DNA of 64,000 bases from Eubacteriales bacterium (GTDB lineage Bacteria > Bacillota > Clostridia > Christensenellales > JAWKQI01). The stretch is taken from NCBI GenBank assembly GCA_041390245.1, contig JAWKQI010000006.1, positions 19,968 through 83,967 on the forward strand, read 5' to 3'. The position numbers were made by a program, and so were the translations under genes. The notes under the pieces are model-generated. The model made no database searches and was not told where the DNA came from. It worked only from the letters and a program-made list of their open reading frames with translations. Positions 36,605-43,970 of the stretch are shown here, piece after piece (position 1 is the stretch's first letter; every line of letters starts with the position of its first letter).

Positions 36605-38020
36605 TTATAAAGCAGGTATTTCAAAAGAAATTTGAGTACCTTCCCCCACTTTGCTCTTAACCTCTAAATGTCCGCCATGAGCTTCTACATATGTTTTTAC
36701 AATGCAAAGTCCTAAACCAAAACCGTCTTTTCCTTTAGTCACGTCTGCCCTAAAATACCTGTCGAATATATGAGGTATATCCTCTGGCGGTATGCCAGCG
36801 CCGGTATCTTTTACTGAAACTTTGATTTTATCTTTAAATTGTTCTGCATTTACAGTTACTATACTATTTTCGTCAGAATACTTGATAGAATTATTAATAA
36901 GGTTATATAAAATCTGTTCTATTTTTTTAGCATCTGCATGAAGTTTAATATCTTTAGACACATTGGTTACTATTTTAATCTGTTTATCTATAGCAATTTG
37001 CTTATTTGCTTTTACAGCATTATCTACAATTCGCCTTAGGTTAAAGGTATTTTTATTAAGCTCAATATTCCCGGATTGGATCTTTGCAGTTTCCAGTATC
37101 TCTCCGGTTAAACTTATAAGGCGTTTTGTCTCCTGGCGTATTATACCTATATACTTAAGATAATCCTCCGGTTTTATAACTCCGTCGTACATTCCGCTTA
37201 TAAACCCATTTATACTGGTTATTGGTGTGCGAAGATCATGAGAAATATTGGCAATTAAATTCTGCCGCAGTTCCTCATTCTTAATTAATTTTCCCTTCAT
37301 ACTATTAAAGGAAGAAGCAAGGCTGCCAAGCTCATCTTTAGAACGTATCTTTATATCTTCAACTTGCTCCCCTTCCGACATTTTTCTGGATGCTGTATCT
37401 ATCTCCTTTATAGGCCTTACTATTCTCTTTGAAAATAGGTATATGATAAAGCCGCCTATCAAAACAAATGCTGCTGCAGTCAGCAATATTATTATGCGGA
37501 TATTACTGACAATAGACGATATCTCCTTCTCGGGAGAAAAAAGCAAGATAGCGCCCTTTATGCCACTCGAATCTGCCCACGGATAAGCTTCGACAAGCAT
37601 CTGCGCCTCAAATCCTTTAGAGTACTGCCTAACTAGGAAGACTTCTTCCCCTTCTAAAACTTTATCAATCGCATTCCTTAAATAATCGTCACCAAGTTCA
37701 TCTCCTAAACTGATGTTACCTGAATCATCTGTTTTTACAATATAAATCTTGGTATCAGTTATATATCCCATAGAATCTATTAACTCAGTCAGCTGAGAGT
37801 TGCTTATTTCTCCATTTGAATAATCGTTTGCTATACTATTAGTTTTATAGGCAACACTTTGAAGCACACCTTTTTTTTCATTGTAAACATAATTATCTGC
37901 AAGTGAAGAAATTGTCACAGTAAGCACTATCATGACAAGTATCAAAATAGAAAGATAAGTAACAAATATTTTTTGAAATATACTTTTAAACATCTTACTT
38001 GCCCTCAAGCTTATAGCCAA
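36605..38020 (-). CDS. Sensor histidine kinase (two TM helices, HAMP, HisKA, HATPase_c)
   Basis: 471 aa. H-box SHDLRTP. N and G boxes (NLINNSIKYS, DTGAGI, GFGLGL). Confidence 0.9.
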   Translation of the reverse strand: MAISLRASKMFKSIFQKIFVTYLSILILVMIVLTVTISSLADNYVYNEKKGVLQSVAYKTNSIANDYSNGEISNSQLTELIDSMGYITDTKIYIVKTDDSGNISLGDELGDDYLRNAIDKVLEGEEVFLVRQYSKGFEAQMLVEAYPWADSSGIKGAILLFSPEKEISSIVSNIRIIILLTAAAFVLIGGFIIYLFSKRIVRPIKEIDTASRKMSEGEQVEDIKIRSKDELGSLASSFNSMKGKLIKNEELRQNLIANISHDLRTPITSINGFISGMYDGVIKPEDYLKYIGIIRQETKRLISLTGEILETAKIQSGNIELNKNTFNLRRIVDNAVKANKQIAIDKQIKIVTNVSKDIKLHADAKKIEQILYNLINNSIKYSDENSIVTVNAEQFKDKIKVSVKDTGAGIPPEDIPHIFDRYFRADVTKGKDGFGLGLCIVKTYVEAHGGHLEVKSKVGEGTQISFEIPAL

Positions 38021-38684
38021 CGCCCCACACTGTCTTGATATCCCAGCTATCGCCTTTATCTAAAAGCTTTTTTCGCAATGTTTTAATATGGACATCCACA
38101 GTTCTCGTGTCTCCTGAAAATTCATAATTCCATACTTTCTGTAAAAGCGTATCCCTTGACATAACGATATTTTTATTTAATAAAAGAAAATGTAAAAGTT
38201 TAACTTCCTTTGGCTTTAAATCAACATGCTTATCACTTTTTTTAACCTCATACGCATCTATATTCACCGTAACTTTCCCGATTTTGAGTATACTGTTTGT
38301 ATTACTGCCTTCCTTAACCTTAGGTTTACGTAATCGTGCATTTATCCTGGCAATAACTTCTACAGGCTCGAATGGTTTAACAATATAATCATCTGCCCCG
38401 CAGTTAAATCCCTGTATTTTATCTTTCAACATATCGCGTGCCGTTATCATTATCACTGGTATATCCTTTTTTTCTTTAATAAACTGGCAAAGTTCATATC
38501 CCTTCACATCAGGCAGCATTACATCTAAGAGGATTATGTCGTATGTATTAACCAGTAGGTTATCCCTGGCACTTTTTGCATCGTTGCATATATTTATTTC
38601 AAATCCCGCGTTAAGTAAATAAAGCTCTAATAACTCACAGATATTCTTATCGTCATCTACAACTAAAATTTTACTTTTTTCCAT
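37995..38684 (-). CDS. OmpR-family response regulator
   Basis: 229 aa. Receiver domain (DDD...D...K). C-terminal winged helix ending VWGVGYKL. Confidence 0.9.
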   Translation of the reverse strand: MEKSKILVVDDDKNICELLELYLLNAGFEINICNDAKSARDNLLVNTYDIILLDVMLPDVKGYELCQFIKEKKDIPVIMITARDMLKDKIQGFNCGADDYIVKPFEPVEVIARINARLRKPKVKEGSNTNSILKIGKVTVNIDAYEVKKSDKHVDLKPKEVKLLHFLLLNKNIVMSRDTLLQKVWNYEFSGDTRTVDVHIKTLRKKLLDKGDSWDIKTVWGVGYKLEGK

Positions 38685-38830
38685 TTATTTCACCTAATTG
38701 TTTTTTTATATTTTAACATATTTTAATATAAAATTAGAATATTGTAAATTATTGGTAAGAAACTTAATCATTACTTTAATAAAAAAGCGAAGAGTCAATC
38801 ACCCTCCGCTTTTTATTAATATGCATAAGC

Positions 38831-39904
38831 TTATCTTCGTTTGTCCTTCTCCTTAATAAAGTCGCGCGCTTTTTTCATCCCGCCTGCTTCCTTAAACATT
38901 GCATTTAACTTTTCGGTTTCTATCTGCTTAAAAGAAAGCCCGTCATAACGTGCTTCTTTTTTAAGTTTCTGGTAATTCTTAAAACGCCTTTCATCCAGCT
39001 TGCCCGATGCAATAGCTTTAAGTACTGCACATCCCGGTTCGCAGACATGTGTACAATCATTAAATCTGCATTGCGAAATGAGTTCGTCTATATCGGCAAA
39101 AGATTTAGACAAATCTACAGCCTCTACGCCAAGCTCCCTCATTCCGGGGGTGTCTATCACTATACCGCCCTGCGGGAGTATAAGTAGTTCCCGCCGGGTT
39201 GTTGTATGGCGGCCCTTACCATCTCCCCTGACAGCTGATGTAGCCATAACGTCTCTTCCTGCCAGCAGGTTTATCAAAGTGGATTTTCCAACGCCGGATG
39301 AACCTATAAACGATGCGGTTACTCCGGGCTGCAAATAATATAGTAGCTTTAAATAGAAATCCTTATCAATACTTGATGTAGTAATAATATCAACGCCTAT
39401 TGCGGCAGAGGAAACTTCAGATAGTGTGCTTGTCAAATTTTCGCATAAATCTGATTTGGTCAATACAACTACTGGTATTGCACCGCTGTCCCACGCGACA
39501 GAAAGGTACCTTTCTAAGCGGCTTAAATTGTAGTCGTCTTTTAGTGACATACAGATAAACACGAAGTCAATATTAGCTGCAACAACCTGCGTTTGATTGA
39601 CAAGGCCAACAGCGATACGTTCAAAAGAGCTTTTCCGCGTTAAAACCTTTCGAATAACTGCATTTCCAGAGTGCATCACCTCACGGTCGACCATTACAAA
39701 ATCGCCGACTGCAGGATAATTAAAAAGGCGTAAAGCTTCATGCCTGAATTTTCCGGATACTTCGGCAAATCCCTCGCTTTTGTCTGTAATTATTCGATAA
39801 AGGTCTTTATACTGCGATATAACTCTTGCCATGTTCAAATCCGGAAACAAGGTGGCTTCAGCAAAGAAACGGTCGCTTGCTCCATATTTTTTTAATTTAT
39901 TCAA
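38831..39904 (-). CDS. rsgA: Ribosome small-subunit-dependent GTPase A
   Basis: 357 aa. Circularly permuted GTPase (TKSD...GSSGVGKSTL). Zn motif CRFNDCTHVCEPGC. TTG start with GGAGGT upstream. Confidence 0.9.
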   Translation of the reverse strand: MNKLKKYGASDRFFAEATLFPDLNMARVISQYKDLYRIITDKSEGFAEVSGKFRHEALRLFNYPAVGDFVMVDREVMHSGNAVIRKVLTRKSSFERIAVGLVNQTQVVAANIDFVFICMSLKDDYNLSRLERYLSVAWDSGAIPVVVLTKSDLCENLTSTLSEVSSAAIGVDIITTSSIDKDFYLKLLYYLQPGVTASFIGSSGVGKSTLINLLAGRDVMATSAVRGDGKGRHTTTRRELLILPQGGIVIDTPGMRELGVEAVDLSKSFADIDELISQCRFNDCTHVCEPGCAVLKAIASGKLDERRFKNYQKLKKEARYDGLSFKQIETEKLNAMFKEAGGMKKARDFIKEKDKRR

Positions 39905-39963
39905 ATTTATTACCTCCGTAACTGAAATAATTTTAATAAATGGAGGTATAATGAATTAAATCC

Positions 39964-40023
39964 TTATCTTACATATACCTCCTCGCCAAAAACAATCTCC
40001 AGTTTACGAGTTTTATTTAACAT
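39964..40023 (-). CDS. Possible 19-codon upstream ORF in the rsgA leader (MLNKTRKLEIVFGEEVYVR)
   Basis: ATG preceded by AAGGAG 9 nt upstream. Its 3' end contains GGAGGTATA, one arm of an alternative-pairing triad. No other support. Confidence 0.25.
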   Translation of the reverse strand: MLNKTRKLEIVFGEEVYVR

Positions 40024-40071
40024 AAATCATTTCTCCTTTTCTTTTTTATATAATACTTTTTATAACCTTAG

Positions 40072-40326
40072 TTATTTATGGGTATGATAAAATTCTCTAA
40101 GTTCTTCTTTTGTTTTTGTATCTAGATAATGCCATCGGATACCTTTAATTGCACCCTCTAGAGCTGAAAGTCGCATTAAGCAAGCCGACGAGTCGATAGC
40201 CTTGATACGAAGCCAAGTGTCGCGGCTGCCAATCACCTTTAGTTCCTCCGGCGTATTTATACCTACTTTATGAAGCTGATTTTCAAGTTTTTCACCTATG
40301 TTTGGCATTTTTGTAAGTTCGCTCAT
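40072..40326 (-). CDS. TfoX/Sxy C-terminal-domain protein
   Basis: LTKMPNIGEKLENQL...INTPEEL (HhH-like) and IRWHYL. Its start forms an ATGA overlap with the upstream stop. Confidence 0.7.
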   Translation of the reverse strand: MSELTKMPNIGEKLENQLHKVGINTPEELKVIGSRDTWLRIKAIDSSACLMRLSALEGAIKGIRWHYLDTKTKEELREFYHTHK

Positions 40327-40670
40327 TTTAGTCTCTCCCATTCTGCTTGCTTAAAACCAACCAGAATAAAATCGTCTCCAATTAAAACAGGGCGTTTTAC
40401 CAGCAAACCATCCGTAGCGAGTAAACGTAGCTGTTCATCTTCGCTCATATCCGGTAACCTCTCTTTTAATTTAAGAGATTTGTATTTTAGGCCACTGGTA
40501 TTAAAGAACCTTTTTAGTTGTAACCCGCTTTTTTTATGCCACGCTTTTAGTTCATCGTAGCTTGGATTTGAAATTTTGATATCCCTAAAATCATATGAAA
40601 TCTTATTGTTGTCAAGCCATTCCCTTGCCTTTTGGCAGGTAGTGCATCTAGGATAACATATAAATAACAT
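40323..40670 (-). CDS. ArsC/Spx-family (CxxC) protein
   Basis: 115 aa starting MLFICYPRCTTCQKAREWL, with ...LVKRPVL. GGGAGG RBS. The track ORF is N-terminally over-extended. Confidence 0.75.
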   Translation of the reverse strand: MLFICYPRCTTCQKAREWLDNNKISYDFRDIKISNPSYDELKAWHKKSGLQLKRFFNTSGLKYKSLKLKERLPDMSEDEQLRLLATDGLLVKRPVLIGDDFILVGFKQAEWERLK

Positions 40671-40855
40671 TTTAGTATCCTCCCTTTGTAAAAAACTATT
40701 CGCTACTCTTTTTAGCATAAATATTTTCGCCTTTAAATATCTTTGGTTAACCAATTATATAAATGCTATATTATTTTTGTCAAGAAACCTCTTCTTTAAT
40801 GCTATAAGCATCTCTTATCTAACAAAACAACCCTCTTTACGTATAGATCGCCTGT

Positions 40856-41107
40856 ATGGGGACTACAAAGTTAAAGTCTACATTCAAACAGATACATAAG
40901 CGCACTATAACCGAATACATACAACAACGCCGAATAGGGCAAGCAGAACACCTGCTTTTCAATGCAGAACTTTCCATCGGGCAGATTGCCAAAGTCGTTG
41001 GATATAATGCAGCCGGCCGTTTTTCTGAACTTTTTAAAAAGAATACGGGGTTATTACCTAGCGAGTATAGAGCTTTAGCATTACGGAATACTAAAAATAA
41101 CAGTTAA
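40856..41107 (+). pseudogene. AraC-family regulator remnant (C-terminal HTH only)
   Basis: The 83 aa cover only the end of HTH1 and HTH2 (IGQIAKVVGYNAAGRFSELFKKNTGLLPSEYR). There is no room upstream for a sensor domain. Confidence 0.6.
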
Positions 41108-41148
41108 AAATGGTTAAGATTCCATTTAAGCTAATTTAAGTTCACCTA

Positions 41149-41177
41149 TTGACGCAAAACAGTATCGGTCGTATAAT
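41149..41177 (+). promoter_or_regulatory. Consensus-like promoter of rex-lysR
   Basis: TTGACG, 17 nt, TATAAT. The ATATCGATAT palindrome (41176-41185) overlaps the -10/+1 region. Confidence 0.65.
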
Positions 41178-41207
41178 ATCGATATCAAGATATTGATGGA
41201 GGGTGTT

Positions 41208-41876
41208 ATGGATCAAAACAAACAAGTAAAAGATCTTTCACTGCAAGCATTTCAAAGAATGCCCTATTACTTACAATATTTAAAAGAGCTCTATTCCGAA
41301 GGTGCTACAAGTGTTTCTGCCCCTAGCGTATCTTCACATTTTGGATTCAGTGAGATACAGGTTCGCAAAGATTTTGCGGCAGCCAGTTCTTCGCAAGGAA
41401 AACCAAAATATGGATTTGAAATTAAAGACTTAATTGATGACATAGAAAATCTGCTTGGATGCCAAAATACCAACGAAGCAGCTCTCGTCGGCGTTGGTTC
41501 TTTGGGCAGGGCCTTTTTGCAGTATGGCGGGTTCGACGCATACGGCCTAAAGATTGTAGCAGCATTTGATAAAAATGAAGAGTTAATAGGCAAAAATATA
41601 CATGATAAATGTATCCTGTCCGTTGAAAAAATAAGCGATATTTGCCGCCGTATGAAAATACACATCGGCATCATCACTGTTCCTGCAGCGCAAGCTCAAA
41701 TAGTTTGTGACCAGCTTGTTGCTGGAGGGGTGCTTGCCATTTGGAATTTTGCACAGGTTCATCTGTCCGTTCCTAAAGATATCCTTGTCCAAAACGAAAA
41801 TATGGCAGCTTCTCTTGCCCTACTTTCTAAACATCTGCGTGAAAAAATGCAGAAAGGTAAGCTGGTGACTCCATGA
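41208..41876 (+). CDS. rex: Redox-sensing transcriptional repressor Rex (divergent paralog 1)
   Basis: RMPYYLQYLKEL, IQVRKDF and LVGVGSLGRAF (GxGxxG). The wing region (AAASSSQGKPKYGF) differs from canonical FGxxGxxGxGY. Confidence 0.8.
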   Translation: MDQNKQVKDLSLQAFQRMPYYLQYLKELYSEGATSVSAPSVSSHFGFSEIQVRKDFAAASSSQGKPKYGFEIKDLIDDIENLLGCQNTNEAALVGVGSLGRAFLQYGGFDAYGLKIVAAFDKNEELIGKNIHDKCILSVEKISDICRRMKIHIGIITVPAAQAQIVCDQLVAGGVLAIWNFAQVHLSVPKDILVQNENMAASLALLSKHLREKMQKGKLVTP

Positions 41877-42808
41877 ATACCATGTTTTTTAAATATGCTA
41901 TAGAAGTACAACGCACCCGTTCCATTACGCAGGCTGCGGAAAATCTTTTTATGGCGCAGCCTAACTTAAGCAAAGCAATCAAAGAAGCCGAGGATACTTT
42001 AGGTTATGCCATTTTTGAAAGAACTTCCAAAGGCGTTGTTCCTACAGTTAAGGGTAGTACATTCCTTGAACACGCACGCGAAATTTTAAAACAGCTTGAA
42101 AAAATGGAAGCAATCGGTAACAGCGATAACGAAAATGTACAGAGACTGAGTGTCTCAATGCCGCGGGGCAGTTATATTTCAAAAGCGCTTATTCGCTTCA
42201 CAGAAGCATTAGACCAATCAAAGGGTATGGAACTCAATATACTGGAGACTGGTTCTGTTAAAACGATAAACAATGTAGTAGATGGGACATTTAAAATTGG
42301 AATCATCCGTTACCAAACCGTTTACGAACAGTATTTTCAAAATTTTCTGGCAGAAAAAAACTTATGCAGCGATCTCATTTGGGAATTCAGTTATCTTGCT
42401 CTTATGTCTAAGCAGCATATACTAGCAAACAAAAACGTAATTTCGCCACAGGATCTACGCAAGTCTATTGAAATTATACACGGAGATACCGTCGTTCCTT
42501 ATTTAACTACGGATAAAGACAAGCTTAAGAAAAATCCGCCTACTAAAAAGAGGATTTATCTGTATGAAAGAGCAAACCAATTTGAACTGCTTTCGCTTAT
42601 TCCTTCAACATTTATGTGGGTATCGCCTATACCGCAGGATATGCTTAAGCGTTATGGTCTTGTACAACGCAGATGTGATTTTCCCTCTAACAGTTATAAA
42701 GATGCATTAATTTATCAGAAAAAATATACTTTTTCCGAACTTGAAAAAAAGTTTATAGACAAAGTATATGAATCTAAAAATGAGGTTTCTTTAAGAGAAT
42801 ATCAATAA
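41873..42808 (+). CDS. LysR-family transcriptional regulator
   Basis: 311 aa. N-terminal HTH SITQAAENLFMAQPNLSKAIKEAE. 4-nt overlap with rex. Confidence 0.85.
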   Translation: MNTMFFKYAIEVQRTRSITQAAENLFMAQPNLSKAIKEAEDTLGYAIFERTSKGVVPTVKGSTFLEHAREILKQLEKMEAIGNSDNENVQRLSVSMPRGSYISKALIRFTEALDQSKGMELNILETGSVKTINNVVDGTFKIGIIRYQTVYEQYFQNFLAEKNLCSDLIWEFSYLALMSKQHILANKNVISPQDLRKSIEIIHGDTVVPYLTTDKDKLKKNPPTKKRIYLYERANQFELLSLIPSTFMWVSPIPQDMLKRYGLVQRRCDFPSNSYKDALIYQKKYTFSELEKKFIDKVYESKNEVSLREYQ

Positions 42809-42820
42809 AAAAGATAGTAA

Positions 42821-42860
42821 AGATAGTATCGAATTTAATGGTTCGATACTATCTTTTTTT
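42821..42860 (+). terminator. Intrinsic terminator after lysR
   Basis: 13-bp stem AGATAGTATCGAA/TTCGATACTATCT followed by TTTTTTT. Confidence 0.85.
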
Positions 42861-43308
42861 ATGTCCATTTATTTTCCCCATTCTTAGAATTACACAAATT
42901 GGCTTTATTTACCGGCTATAATATGATTTATTTAATATTCTTATCAGTTTTATAATATCAATAATTATATATCGATATTCCAGTTTCGTATTATTAATAG
43001 ATAAATATTATATAATTATATCAATATTAAATATACTAATCGCCATTCCCCTTTCGCAATATCAGCGTCGATATCCCTTTTGCAAAGGCTTTTATGACAA
43101 TATAATCAATTAATCATTAGCTTAACTGCCATTATTGCAAATCATCATATATACAAATATATCTGTTTAATTTTCCATATCGATATTTAGATATCGATAT
43201 TCCGTGTTTATATTTCCAATATAAAATGCACCGCACTAAACTATTAATAGATAAAAAAAGTTTAAATACCACGGCGCATAAATAATTTTATTAAACAGGA
43301 GGAACAAA

Positions 43309-43941
43309 ATGAACAAAATTAATTCAATTCCAGAGCTGACTTTAAAAAGGCTGCCATTATATTTATCCTATTTAAAGACGCTGCCAAAAGATGCTCCTTC
43401 AAATATCTCCGCAACAGCAATTGCTGCCGACCTTGAAATAAACGATGTTCAGGTACGCAAAGATCTGGCTGCATTAGGTGATGGCGGAAGGCCCAAAATC
43501 GGCTATATCGTAGAAGAACTTATTAATGAAATAGAAAACTGTCTTGGATATAGAGATGCTCACAGTGCAGCACTGGTGGGCGTTAGCGATTTAGGACGCG
43601 CTTTGCTTTGTTACGATGGCTTTTGTGACTTCGGCATGAATATTGTCGTGGCGTTCGATAAGAACAAAGAGCTTGTCGGGACTCAGATAAATGGGAAACA
43701 CATTTTGGCTCTTGAAAAGCTTGAAAATCTCTGTGAGCGCATGAAGACCAGGATTGGTATCATCACAGCTCCGGCAGAAGAGGCACAAGAAATCTGCGAT
43801 ATCCTTGTCTATGCAGGCGCTATTGCAATTTGGAACTTTACCACCAGCAAGTTAAATGTACCAGCCGATGTAATGGTTTTAAACGAGCATATCGAAGAAT
43901 CTATTCCTATACTCACTCGATATGTAGAAGACACTATATAA
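43309..43941 (+). CDS. rex: Rex-family redox-sensing repressor (paralog 2, degenerate GxGxxG)
   Basis: 210 aa. RLPLYLSYLKTL and VQVRKDL. The Rossmann motif reads LVGVSDLGRAL (G-x-S-x-x-G). Confidence 0.78.
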   Translation: MNKINSIPELTLKRLPLYLSYLKTLPKDAPSNISATAIAADLEINDVQVRKDLAALGDGGRPKIGYIVEELINEIENCLGYRDAHSAALVGVSDLGRALLCYDGFCDFGMNIVVAFDKNKELVGTQINGKHILALEKLENLCERMKTRIGIITAPAEEAQEICDILVYAGAIAIWNFTTSKLNVPADVMVLNEHIEESIPILTRYVEDTI

Positions 43942-43970
43942 AATACATTAAAACAAGGGAGATACCAACC

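Noticed and set aside
38700-38830. Terminator downstream of the response regulator
   Set aside because: Only a 5-bp stem (AAGCG/CGCTT) with a 17-nt loop could be drawn. This is too weak to report as a feature.
40755-40856. Strand switch (genes on the - strand to the left, + strand to the right) as a possible replication origin
   Set aside because: I saw no cluster of DnaA boxes (TTATCCACA-like) and no dnaA or dnaN nearby. The region holds only two ordinary divergent promoters and a gene remnant.
42809-43308. Search for canonical Rex operators (TTGTGAA/TTGTTAA-N4-TTAACAA) upstream of rex2-adhE and rex1
   Set aside because: None was found by eye. The closest string (TTGTTAATGACATTGATA, ~43988) lies inside the adhE coding sequence and lacks the second half-site.
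43830-43970. N-terminal 47-codon extension of the adhE ORF
   Set aside because: The extension overlaps the 3' end of rex2 in another frame and is Cys/Arg/Tyr-rich nonsense. A GGGAGA RBS precedes the ATG at 43971, where AdhE-like sequence (MLKFKIVND...) begins.
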